Below the pieces are notes generated by a model, which worked only from the letters and a program-made list of their open reading frames with translations, was not told where the DNA came from and searched no databases. A stretch of DNA of 64,000 nt, taken from Octopus sinensis. Its lineage: Eukaryota. Position 1 is the first letter of the stretch. Each line of letters starts with the position of its first letter. The position numbers and the translations under genes are program-made. Location of the stretch: NCBI RefSeq assembly GCF_006345805.1, contig NC_042997.1, positions 63,860,001 through 63,924,000 on the forward strand, given 5' to 3'. This document shows, in pieces, positions 35,619 to 48,090 of this stretch.

Positions 35619-36888
35619 TGGATAAAATAATGGAAGCACCTTAAAATTTCAAACAAATTTATATTAACATGGAGTAAGACTGCCTTTGGCAGTAATTACA
35701 GCTTGAATTCTATGAGATATGGACTCGTACAAAGTTTGAATTGTTTCTAAATGAATTTTGTCCATTCTTCAGCTAAAACAGTCTGCAGTTCTAGTAGTGA
35801 TGATAGTGGAGGATATTGATTCCTTACTTGTTTTTCTAAAATGCACCATAACTGTTCAATAATATTGAAAATTGGGGACGGTGGTTGCCAAATAAGATGT
35901 TCAACTTCACTAGAATGCCTTTCGTGCCATTCTGTAACAACTTTAGCTGTGGGAATTGGTGCATTATCATCCTGAAAGATTGCGTTTCACTCCGGAACCA
36001 GTTCTGCAACCATAGGATGAGTTTGATCACATAAAATGCTTAAATAGTCTTGACTATGAATTTTGCCATGAAGGGAAGCTATCGGGCCGGCAAATTTCCA
36101 AGATATAGCCCCCCCCCCCCACCAGATCATCACAGATCCGCCTACATGTTTAACAGTTGTAAGAAGGCAGTCACGTCAAACTCTTCATTTGGCTATCTCC
36201 ATACGTATATTCAGCCGCTGGTCGGAAATAAGGTAAAGGATGACTTGTCCCAGAAAATAGCATTATTCTACTAGTCTAGCGACCAATTTGGTAGGTTTTT
36301 ACTCCACTCTAAACACTTTGCAACGTTTGTTTTTGAAAGTAGTGGTTTTCAGATTGCAGCTCTTCCTTGAAATCCAGTTTGTGCAGGTCCCGGCGAATAG
36401 TTTTTGTGGAAAATGGGTTCTCAAGGTGGTCATTAAGCTGTAGAAAATTTGGGAGCACTACGTTTGTGATCCTTTCTAACAATTCGCGTAAGAGTCAGAC
36501 GGTCCCTATGTGAAAGTTTTGGTTTGCTTCTGGAACTTTGTTTCAATGAGGAGGTTTTTCCCTCTTTCTCAAAGGCTGTCATTACTTTCCAGACAGTACT
36601 TCTTGATACACCAAACATTTCGACTGTTTTCGTTATGCTAGCGCCTGCCATACGAGCAGCAACAATTTGACCTCTTTGAAAGTCCCATAGATCTGTCATT
36701 TTAATGAATTTAATTACCTTTTCCTGATCATATCTGAAAAAGAAACGGTAATTGTAGCAAAACATATTAGGCAACACTAATAATAAATCAAAATACATAA
36801 GAATAAACAAGCATTTGACGGTTTTATAGCTACTTCAAAATTATAATGCTATGATGTTAGGTGTTTCCATTATTTTGTCCAGCCACTG
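35619..36888 (-). mobile_element. Tc1/mariner DNA transposon (Tc1-like DD34E), inactivated
   Basis: TIRs tggataaaataatggaagcacct (35619-35641) and aggtgtttccattattttgtcca (36859-36881) match 21/23. The right end is ...ccactg|TA. HTH region DFQRGQIVAARMAGAS...GVSRSTV, catalytic region IFQDDNAP and C-terminal IQAVITAKG are present but broken. Confidence 0.92.
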
Positions 36889-36948
36889 TATACATCCAAA
36901 CACACATACACGCACACATATATAAACATATACAGATTTATATACACA

Positions 36949-37227
36949 CTAGCAGCATTGCCCGGCGATGCTTGGGTTTGTTTCGAAAAGTAAAACTGTT
37001 GCATTATGTAGCTTGTTATTCTCTTTAAGTGAACATTTGTCTGATTGAAATACACCGAAAAATGGCAACACAGAGCAATGGAATGAAGAGCAAGCCTTCT
37101 TCTAGCATACCCTCAATTTTGGTCAACTTGCGCTGCAGGGTCTCGCAGGAGATATTGTTAGTTGAAGGCTACCACGCCTACCATACACAGACAACTTCTG
37201 CTTTATATATATATATATATATATATA
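36949..37227 (-). mobile_element. Non-autonomous Helitron-like element
   Basis: Minus-strand 3' end with a GC-rich hairpin cccaagcatcgccgggcaatgctg followed by CTAG|T. The other end merges into (TA)n after acagacaacttctgcttt. Confidence 0.7.
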
Positions 37228-37546
37228 TTATTGAAGTAGATAAATGAATTACCTTATTACGGATAATTCAAATGATAACCGATACCTGGGTAGCAAAAAT
37301 CACAACAGAAAAAGCACGGTTGAGGTTACGACAATGGGGCCTAAAATCCGTCCCTTAGTGCGGAAATTTAAAGTTTTATATATTTAGTGTAGGAAGAAAT
37401 GGAGCTGAACGAAGATTTAACAAAATTCCTTTTTATTATTTTCTACATATTAGGGACTTTGCAGCCTTTGAAACATATGTAATGATAATGAAAATAATAA
37501 AAAGGAATTTTGTTAAATCTTTGTTCAGCTCCATTTCTTCCTGCAC

Positions 37547-37614
<68 letters not shown>

Positions 37615-37632
37615 ATATACATGCATATACAT

Positions 37633-37856
37633 ATTCTTTTATTCTTTTATGTTTCAATCATTTGACTGCGGCCATGCTGGAGCATCACCTTTAGTCGAAG
37701 AAATCAACCACAGGACTCATTCTTTGTTAGCCTAGTACTTATTCTATTGGTCTCTTTTTTGCCGAACCACTAATTTACAGGGATGTAAACACACCAGCAT
37801 CGGTTGTCAAGCAATGTTGGCAGTGACAAACACAGGCACACACACACACAAACACG

Positions 37857-37858
<2 letters not shown>
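37633..37858 (-). mobile_element. SINE family A, 3' half
   Basis: tcatttgactgcggccatgctggagca...catcggttgtcaagc. Confidence 0.85.
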
Positions 37859-37889
<31 letters not shown>

Positions 37890-37904
37890 TTTCTAATTTA
37901 TATA

Positions 37905-38194
37905 TATATTTCATGCAATTTACGCATGCTTGCACGTGTGGTGAACACAGTTCACGTCAAACAGCTGAATGAGTAAAGTTCACCATTCAATGCATGGGAT
38001 AGGACCTAAACAAACACATTATCGATTTTTGCACTTGCGAGGGGAATTTCGGAACAGAAATAGCGCAGTTCAATTTTCATTCGCCTAAACTTTAAGTGAC
38101 CCATTTTCGGTGGTTCTACGATTTGTTGGCTAGGAGGAGATGTGTCGGGAAGTTAAACACACAGACACACAAGTTGAGTTTTATATATATAGAT
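37905..38194 (-). mobile_element. Helitron-like non-autonomous fragment
   Basis: Terminus acacacagacacacaagttgagttttatatatatagat (minus-strand ATCTATATATATAAAA start). No clear CTAG end. Confidence 0.5.
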
Positions 38195-38206
38195 ATATGT
38201 ATATAT

Positions 38207-38596
38207 TACTCCTTCATTCTGTTACTTGTTTCTGTCATTTGAGTGTGACCATGCTGGCGCACCAGCTTTTAATTGACGAAATCTTCACCTGGGCTTATTC
38301 TCTTTAAGCCTGGAGCATATTCTATCGATATCTAAGGTGAGCCGCTAAGTAACGGGGACGTAAACACACCAGCATTGGTTTCTAAGAGACGTTGGGAGGG
38401 GAACAAAGACAGACATAAATACACACATAATATTTATATATATATAGGATATACTTCAATCAGTTTCTGTCAGATAAATCGACTGACATGGCTTTGGTCG
38501 GTCCATGGCTATAGTAGAAATTACTTGCCCAGGAACTGAACTGAGGGCCACATGGTTGGCAAGCAAGCTTCTCAGCACACAGCCCCGCCTGCGCCT
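38207..38596 (-). mobile_element. SINE family A, full length, diverged
   Basis: Ends cacacagccccgcctgcgcct, which is the reverse complement of the aggcgcagg head. Confidence 0.85.
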
Positions 38597-38614
38597 ATAT
38601 ATGTATATATATAT

Positions 38615-41169
38615 ACCGGAGTAAGCACACAAATGTGAAACAAGGTGGAAAAAAGAGTACTGAAAGACCAGAGGTAGCGTAATATGCTTTATTTAAAAGA
38701 CGCAGAAATATAACAAAACCTGTTATTCAGAGCTTCACGGTCCCGTTCTTCTAACAGTTTTGTTAAAATAGAACAGAAATAACGATATGATCAAAACTGG
38801 TTCAATGATACACCAATAAAAATGGATTTATTTCATGGGTCCTTTCAATTAACGGTCTTAAGCATGCAATGAAAACATATACAAAATAAATGATTTCAAT
38901 ATAAATTCATCCTATTATACAAAACGAGGAAAACCTTAAATCGAAGAACGGATTCAAAATACATATTATAGATAATTATATACGAAGTATAATTCAATTA
39001 ATGCTTTAAAAATTAAAATTAAATTTTTTACGCTGCATTACATAAATATTTTACAACAGTATATACGCATACTAAACCATTAATATGCTATATACATCAA
39101 AATACACAGATGGATATACACAGACTACATACATGTACAAGCATATATATGTAGGACGTAAATATACACACAAATACACATATACTCATGTATACATATC
39201 TACGCTATCATGCCCGCATAAAAAATCACTTGGTGTATACATGTAGAAGTTATATCAGACAAGATGAGAAGAAAAATTTAAAACGTAGGGAGGAGGAAAG
39301 AAAAAGAAAAGGATGTAACTTTTAGCGAGGGAAAGAGGTAAAAGGAGGGGAGAAGAGCACAAAGTTAAAGGACTCTATACTAGTAACGAATAAAGAGAGA
39401 AAGGATACTTTCCGTAAGGAAAGAAAAGGAAGGAAAGAAAGGAAGATAGGTGCCTGAATATGTGTAACGAACATAAACAAAATAAATTACGTAATCATGT
39501 GTATACAAAAGTGTATATTAGCATAAATACACATATAAGATTACGTATATAAATACATGGAAATATGCACGTAGATACACATCCACACAAACACAAGTGA
39601 ATATATGCATACATATACATAGACGCATATACACGAATACATATGCATGCCAACAATACAAACATCCACCTAAAAATATATCTAGGTCCTGACGTATATA
39701 TACAAACAACATTTAAAAAAAATTACTGAGTACATAATAATAAAATTCGGATAAAAGACATGCAAAATATAACACCCTATATCCAATAATCTATAAATTA
39801 AGCGATAAAAATGGGTTCATAAAATACAATAAAATGAAATAAAATAAAATAAAAGTAGAACCTTAAACAAGAAAATAATATATGCATGTAACAGTCGAAG
39901 GTTTTTCTTAAGAAATATGTCGAAATATATACAATGTCTTTGCGATACGAAATAAATCATGTATTATAAGAAACAAATCCAACAGTATGATTAAAAACTA
40001 GTCCAAGAATCAAAAAATATATACACTATCCATATGGTATATTGTTATATGACATTTTAAATTTAGTTGCGTGTCTGCAGGACTTCCAAAGTTCGTGTCT
40101 TTTATTTAAAGAGTTATTGTCCTGGAATAAAATATAATATTTTTCCAGCAGGCATAAATCACATTTGATGGGTCTTTTATGCGCATGGTGCCTGTAACGT
40201 GAAGCTCTATCTAAAATTCTCCATGTCACGTTCAAAATTCGGGCTTTGTTTCCTTTTAATTCCCAGACATATTTTGCGAGGCTGGTCTTCGTCCTATTTT
40301 CGGAGTATCTGAATGAATTTCTATGAGAATAGAATCGGGTTTTGAAAGAATTTTCAGAAACCCCTGTATAAGTTCTATATTCGTGGCAGCCTTCTATCTG
40401 CATCTTGGCTCTATACACGATTCCTTTCTCCAAACATTTTCCTTCCAACGGACTGGAGGTCCCATCTTTGCAATTGCAATTTTTAAGAGGAGAATCGGCA
40501 CTATATTTATTTGCAATTACATTATTGTTGCGTTGGTTAATGAAAGCGGTGACGTTTTTGCAGCAATAATAGCTGATCTTAAGCGTTCTTCTATTAAATA
40601 TTCTTTAAATCTTATGGTCAGGTTGAAAATGTCTAGAGACTAATTTTAAGAATTACCTACGTATATTTGTGTTTATTGCCGTGTGGAAAGCTGGGTTAAA
40701 CCATAAATCCTTCCTAGGCCTAGTTCTACGTGTAGCAATATTGCTAGCATTAAGTTGGTTACACTGGATTTTCTAAGACAATCCACTTAATGAGTTATTG
40801 TAATAAGGTGCGGCATTTTGAAATGCTGCCTCCTCCGAAGAAATTGACGATTTTCGTCTACCTACATTACTAAGTTCCTAAGAATAACTGGCGGATGATT
40901 GGATTCTTTGCTAATATAAGATACCTTATCATTAGGCTAAGTAATGATAAGCTATCATTACTTAAATAATGATAACCTAAGTGAGCTTTGAATTTATCCG
41001 ACTGTAAATCCAAATTTACATCTAAAACATCTACACTTTTCAGGTTAGTATCTATCTAGGTCACGAAGAGTGAGGATTCTTTTTTCTATGTATCGATGGG
41101 AGCATACGACGGGGCTGAGTTATGTGTGTTCATAGGATCTTATATTCTACACAATCTAAAGCTAGATAG
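38615..41169 (-). mobile_element. Penelope-like retroelement remnant (RT C-terminal part, GIY-YIG endonuclease, long 3' region with decayed hammerhead)
   Basis: ORF 40026-40448: PLEGKCL..IVY...YTGVSENSFKTRFYSHRNSF...CDLCLLEK...LNKRHEL..CRH. Upstream remnants include WFNP, SNHPP and LDVNLDL. An RT piece MGAYDGAELC lies inverted at 41060-41165. Confidence 0.88.
38717..38760 (-). ncRNA. Decayed type I hammerhead ribozyme motif at the Penelope 3' end
   Basis: Minus strand: ctgt TAGAAGA acgg-ga-ccgt GAAG ctctgaa TA acag. Stems I and II pair, but the core differs from CUGANGA/GAAA at three positions. Confidence 0.5.
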
Positions 41170-41174
41170 TCTAA

Positions 41175-41360
41175 GAAATAAGAGATTGCTCCGAGCTCGC
41201 ATTAGGCAAGAAGTTGAAAACGTTTGTGCCTATGACACTGCATGGACCCTAAGTAAGGCATGTGTAAAATTTGACTGAAATCCATTCGGAAGTTCTCGAG
41301 TCTTAGTGATGCACACATATAGACAAACAAACACACAGTCTCAGTTATATATATATATGT
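41175..41360 (-). mobile_element. Helitron-like fragment
   Basis: aaatttgactgaaatccattcggaagttctcgag...agacaaacaaacacacagtctcagttatatata style terminus. Confidence 0.4.
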
Positions 41361-42221
41361 GTGTGTGTATGTGTGTGTGTCTCTGCCTGTATGTGATTAC
41401 TTGCATGTATTCCATTGTCAATGGAATGTTTAAAATATAATATGAGCTGGAACACAGCTATTGTAGGATTATGTCATATTAAGGCAATGATGTGTATAAT
41501 ATGTTGAGCAGTCAGTAATTACGAGCTGATAATAATGTACAGAACCAATTGTAGAGATTTGGATTAAGTATTGTTTATTCCATATTCTTGCGCCATAATT
41601 GTTTTGTATGAATTCTCCGGATATTAATGGCTTTCCACATGTATATCCAGTAAAAGGAGAATCTCTGCTGTGTTACAGCATATGATAGTTGATACACCCG
41701 GAGGAGTCTTGCAAAGCTTACTATAAGCTTATTACCCAGATGAAATTAAATTCTATAGTGTATATATGTAATATATATTATATATATATATATATCTTAC
41801 GTACGTACAGACACACATAGGCTGTTCAAAATCATGAATATGTAAGTTTATGTATAAATTTGACTAGGTTATTTCAGAATATTATGGTAAATCTAATGCA
41901 TATTGAAGCAAATGCACATATAATTTACAATGTAAATGTACGTAGGCTACGTAGAATAAAGTGGATTACATCAAGGTTTTAATGATCTTGGTCTGTGCCA
42001 TCCCCATACATTTACTGTAACGTTGATAGAATCTTTTATGTGACTCGTAGGGAGTGTTATACATTCCTCCGAGTTACAATATATGAATTATCATTAGCTA
42101 CCTATGACTAACATCAGTCCTACATACAGTACTCTTACTCTTTATTTCGTCTGAAGAAAAATATATCTATCAAAATCTCTAATCTTCCTAATAGACCGTA
42201 GTACGCAACTGATATTTCTAT

Positions 42222-42314
42222 CCCGGCGGAATTTGAACTCTGAACGTTAAGACAGACGAAATATCGCTAAGTATTTCACCCGGCATGCTAACGTTTCTGC
42301 CAACTAGCTGCCTT
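42222..42314 (-). mobile_element. SINE family B head fragment
   Basis: cccggcggaatttgaactc...gctaagtatttcacccggcatgctaacgtttctgcc. Confidence 0.8.
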
Positions 42315-43323
42315 AGTCCTCCTCATTTGTAATAACAATATCGTCAAGTCGGACATTTGCAGAGTTAGCGCTGCCGGAAAAAATAACATATACATGGTCA
42401 ATTCGAGAAATCCGATGTTCTAGGTAGGAAGGGTGTGGGTAAGTGTTTCGTGCAATAGTCTGTATAGTAGGGACTGGTGTTGAAGCACGAATTCCAGAGA
42501 ATAGGAGTGTGTATAATATTCAGTATGAGACGAGGAAAATAGTGAGACATAAGTGCTAATTTGGAGAGGGTAAGTAATGCGATCATGTGCTTTAATGCTC
42601 CCTTTTGTTTAAAGCTCATAAACAGCCGAAATTCTGCTTCAATAATCAAAAATCTACATGATTTTCGACCGTGGTTTCTAATATATAAAATTTGTGATCA
42701 TCTGTACACAATCTGGTGTATAGTAATCCTTATCATCTTCAATATAATAATTTTAATAATAAAAATGCCAATGTGACTACTGGCAATGTTGACTATTAAT
42801 AACACTTGCAGAGCCATTTCCCATACGATACCTAAAACTAATGTGATTGAGTCCGTAAGAAAATTTAGAAATATAAATATAAATAAGGATTTACATAGGA
42901 ATCGTATTCTTTATTCTAAGAACTCTAAAGTTTTCTATGTTCGGAGAAATAACTTTTTAAAACTTAATATCTACAACTTTCTGTGAACATTTTACGTTCC
43001 GTTTTTTATTTCCTTTCCTTTCCTTTCCTGTCTCCCTGAGCATTCGAAAATGTAAACATCCTGTTTATTGCAAAAACACTACAGTCTTCTCTAATCGGAC
43101 ATACAAACGAATATCTCTAAAAGAATCTAACAACTTTAATTTTGTGTGAAAATGTTCTTTCGCTGACTACTCGATTATGTAAACATGCCTTTTATTGTAA
43201 CATCACAATTAAATGTACGATAAAAAACAAGACATAAGGAGGTAAGTACCTGCCAATATATACAAACTGCACAAATTATAAAAAGGGAAAATAATTCAGA
43301 AATTCACACACACACACACACAC

Positions 43324-43416
<93 letters not shown>

Positions 43417-43651
43417 ACTGCAGCGTAGATGATGATTATAAGCGATAGCACGGAATTTTGTCAGTGAACAGGTTGCGGTCTCAAAGCGATGAAAATATTT
43501 TGGCAAATTAAATTTAAATGCTGAAGTGAATCTAACGGTTTTTGTGTGTTTCTTAAATGGCTTATAAGCACCTTCCACGCTGCAATTGTTTTCGTTCCAG
43601 CACACGATCCGGTCACTTGCTATGCAAATACATCTTCGTAATATACATATA

Positions 43652-43881
43652 TATATTGGTAAAAACGGTAAGATAACAAAAGAATGAAGGAGACCTCAAT
43701 ATCATGTAAATAGAGGGATTTATCTGTAAAATAATATGCGACAATTAAATCGGTAGCCAAGATAAAACTCTGAGTTTCGGATGCCGAGGTGGAAATCCAC
43801 ACCATCATCTCTTCGGTTATCTGGCCATCTGGAAAACGTGTTTTATCTTGGCTACCGAATAATTGTCGCATATTATTTTAC

Positions 43882-43885
<4 letters not shown>
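43652..43885 (-). mobile_element. Penelope-type terminal fragment with a 46-47-bp inverted repeat (43722-43768 / 43840-43885)
   Basis: atctgtaaaataatatgcgacaattaaatcggtagccaagataaaac versus gttttatcttggctaccgaataattgtcgcatattattttacagat, flanked by TA repeats. A hammerhead lies between and overlaps the arms. Confidence 0.7.
43757..43824 (-). ncRNA. Type I hammerhead ribozyme motif, near intact
   Basis: Minus strand: cc-agataa CCGAAGA gatg...gtgg-attt-ccac...catc-c GAAA ctc-a-gag UU ttatct-t-gg. Stems I, II and III all pair. Deviations are U4C and a GUU cleavage triplet. Confidence 0.7.
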
Positions 43886-43965
<80 letters not shown>

Positions 43966-44479
43966 TTTTTGTATCAGTAATTGAAAATAGACCAATGTGA
44001 ATTGGTTCTTTTCATGACCAAGATCAGCGCTCTCATTAATCGTTAGTAGTAGTAAGCACATTTGACCTCTGCTGACACCTAGGGTGTGAGGTCGCTTTTG
44101 TCCCCTTATTGCACAGGAATCCCCATTGCTGATCTCTTCACTATCTGCCGAATCTATTTACAGACCTGTAGAATTTAATATATTCACCAAGCTGTCTCCC
44201 TTGCTCCTACTATTCCCTTAAACACAAACATATTTATGATAATCTCAAGTATAAGATGGAAGTGGAGACTAAATAACATTCAATAATACATAGAAATAAT
44301 AATAATGAAAGTAATAATGATGAAGGTGGTAATAATGATAATAACAATTTTGCCAAAAATCATGTCGGTTCAGAGGAGATATTAAGAATGACAAATAGTA
44401 GTAAAAGAATGTAAATAATAATATCAGTGATGATGATAATAATAATGAAGGGAAGTGGTTGAAATCTTCCTCTGTTTTC

Positions 44480-45940
44480 ATTGATAATACATCTAGTAAT
44501 GGTGCCACAATGGAAACATTGGTAATTGCGCAACCTGATAATCGCTACCTCATATGAATGACAATGAAAAAAAAAAGTATTGTGAATAACGGTGGTAATG
44601 AGACTGAAGTCCCTGATAGTGACAGTGTTACACCTGTCAGGCTCAGAGATACTTGTCCGACTCCAGCCTATCGCTATCCAGCAAGGAACCAGCACACACA
44701 GCGTAGATGGAATAAACAAATCAATGCTGTGGTCATGGATTGTTACCACCTGAGTAAACCAGTAGACGAAAATGGTGTTCATCTTAGGGGATACCGACAA
44801 CGTATGCATGGTCAATGGAGGGAAAGAGGTTTGTTTCAACTCACGGAAGAGTAGTTATGTGATCAAGCTAGAGCAATATGAAAAAATCGCTGGTTCACAG
44901 AAGTAGAGCTCGAAGCTATGAAAACAGAAGCACAGGAATCGATGCAGATATAGTTCTATTGATAAAAGTAATCTCATAGCAGAAAACAGATGTGGAATTT
45001 CTAATAAACCACAGGCAAGGAACAGTCATAGCATGCTCGATGAGAGACATATAGATAGTTTGGAAGAAAACAATGAAACTAATGGTGACATGAAAGACGG
45101 ACAAAAGGCAATCTATGACAGAATAAAGGCAAGGCTAAAGGATAGCGACATTATTTGCAACCTTAACATAGGTGGTCGGTGGAAATTGAACCGAGGAACG
45201 AAAAATGTCAATGAAATTCTGAAATACATCAGAACAAAGAACATAACAGAAACAAATAATTTGATCAAAGCACCAACTATTGTTGTAGGAGAAATTGTGG
45301 GTGTAGATGTTAAGAAAAAAATATATAATGGGAGTGACAAAAAAAAAGATCCATGGTAGAAAAGAAGAATACAGGCAAGGTTCGATATGCTCTCGAAGGA
45401 CGTTTCTGTATTAGACCAAAAAGGAAAAGAGGAGCTTAAAAGCGAACAAAAATACAGTCCACTGAACAGGTGTAATATTGAAAGAAAGCAAAGATGGTAA
45501 GATACGACCAGAGAATGAAGAGTTTCCAGCAGACTAGGTTATTCAGAGTAGATCAGAAGAGATTCGACAAAGAAATAAATCAAGAGTGTACAGATGAACA
45601 GTTGATACGAGATAACGTTGAAAGTCAAAGGTTTTGGAGTGACATCTAGAGTATGACAATGAACGCAAGAAGGATGTGTAGTCTGTGCCCAAAACAGGCA
45701 GAACTAGTCATTTCACTGAGGTAAGTGAAGGAAATCAGCAAAAAAAATGGGCAACTGGAAGGCCCCGGAACCAGATGGATTTCAAGGTTACTGCCTCAAA
45801 AGATTTGGTGAATGTCATGGACAGATAGCTGCACGACTCAACACCTTGTTAAATGCTGCCCAAATAACAGTAAAGTGGTTGACAATGGGTAGTACATTGC
45901 TGTGCTTGAAAAACATCGATAAAGGCAATTACACTCTGTA
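44480..45940 (+). mobile_element. R4/Dong-clade non-LTR retrotransposon, N-terminal part, decayed and lacking its 3' end
   Basis: RWNKQINAVVMDCY..SKP...GYRQRMHGQW...LCDQARAI..NRWF..VELE and NWKAPEPDGFQGY...KWLTMG.T. It breaks off just before the RT core and is preceded by (AAT/GAT) repeats. Confidence 0.75.
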
Positions 45941-48051
45941 GACATTGATTTTGTAAAACGTTTATTTTTTCACTACAAACCTGCTATTCTTTTTGATCTT
46001 CGACAACTACCGACATGTATTTCGAACTAACATTCTCGTCTTAACTTTAATACTTTCTTCTCCAAGTATAAACTAGAACTAATTATAACCTTAGTATTTT
46101 ATTACTCCTACGTTCTCTTAAAATGTGTAAAATTAATGATTTTTAGACGCCCACGTTTTACGTTTTAAAGTTAACTTTCTTTCCTTTTTCAATTTATTTA
46201 GGTAAATTTTGTATCTTCTTCATCCTCATTTTTAATTCTTTACATTTTATTGCGATTTCCTGCCTTGTCTATTACGCACTCTTTCATGCTTATACTGAAT
46301 TTAAGCAAGCAATCTGCCATTAGTTAACTTCTTTTAATGAATTCTATTTGATCTTCCTTCTCTATTTTTTTTTCAAATTTTATTCGTATTGACTAACGTG
46401 ATTCTAACTGATTATACTCTGTTCATGTCTCTTGTTTTACTTCTTTCTGCTTTCTACATATCTTACACTTTCTCTCTCATTGTTCTTACATCATCTCGCT
46501 TTCATAACTTTTCTTCTACTACTCTTCCCACCGCACCATCCATAATCCCTCTCTTTCTATTTAGTAGCATTTCTAAGCACTTAAAAATAAGCTTGCCGCC
46601 ATGAAATTTGCATTTCGCATATTCATTATTGGAACAGAAAATTCGGTGATTCTGTATTTTCATCTTGAACATATTAAAGTTTCATGTTTAGGTGTTGATA
46701 ATAAATTCTCATTCATTGGTGTATTATTATTACTTCCTTAAGCAGATCTGTTTGCATACCATGCATTTTAATATCAATCGAGATATGTTTGAAACAGCGG
46801 TTAAATCTAATCAATTAATATGGTTTGTCTTCAGTAACTATATTTTGACTACGTTTATGTAGCAATATTATACAAATGATATAACATCATATATAAGTGC
46901 GCGTCTACCATACTTGAGCTATATATTATTTATAGCCAGCTCTTCTTCGGTATTACTTTTATAATGGTTAGATTTTTAAGAAGCTGGAGTATTCCGAACA
47001 GTAATTTAGCGCTCATCTGTCATATATCTATAACGTTCATAGTAGCGATGAATAATTTTCTGAGTTGATTGCATGTTGGATAATTCTGCCCTGTCACCGA
47101 AAAGCAGTGGCAAATAAGGAGTTGCGACTAAAATATACAATTCATAAGAAAAACACGTTCCTTGTTTTGATCAGATTATCTGACTGCTGTAGTGAGCTCC
47201 TTCCTCACACCGCTCCGCTATTTGTTGTAGTACGACACGGGGTATCAGCCTCCAGATAGGCTACCGTGCAGAATACGAGCCAAGTAACAAGAATAACTAG
47301 AAACAGAAAACAGAAGTACACGTCTTTCAGCAAAATACTGGAATATTATGCAATCATGCATATCACATCATCAGTTGTCCCATAATAATTAACTTTATTG
47401 TTGTTAAAGCTCTAAAAAGCTCTTAAAGCTCTTCCATTATGCAAATAATTAACAGTTAATGAAGTCACATAATATAACACGAAAAAGACAAAGTTTCATA
47501 TCAAGGAAGTCATAACAATGGTAGGCTTCTCGAAAAACCACGTGCGCTACCAGAAAGAGAGAGGGGGGAGAGATAGATAGATAGATGAAGAGAGAGAGAG
47601 GGGAGAAGAGAGAAAAAGAGAGGTAGAAGAAAAGTATAAAGAGGAAGAACGCTGACCAAACTAATAGCTGAGGTCTAGCTCGCGTCATAAAGTATGCTAG
47701 GGCTATTTGAAGATAGGAATACACAGCCAATACAAAAGACATACATACATACATGATATATAAGTTTCTGGACATGGTAGTAGATATAAAAGTAGAAAGG
47801 TAGATAAATAAGTAGACAGACATATAGAAAAGCAGGTCGATAGAGAGAAATGTAGATAGATAGCTGGACACATAGATAAAATGATACATATATACAAAGA
47901 CAAAGACACACAGGTAAAATGATAGATGGATAGGAGAGATAGATAGATAGACAAACAAATAAATAGATAAGTAGACCGATAGATATTTAGATAGATAAAC
48001 AAACAAATATATAAGTAGACAATTTAGATAGTTAGATAAACAAACAGGAAT

Positions 48052-48090
<39 letters not shown>

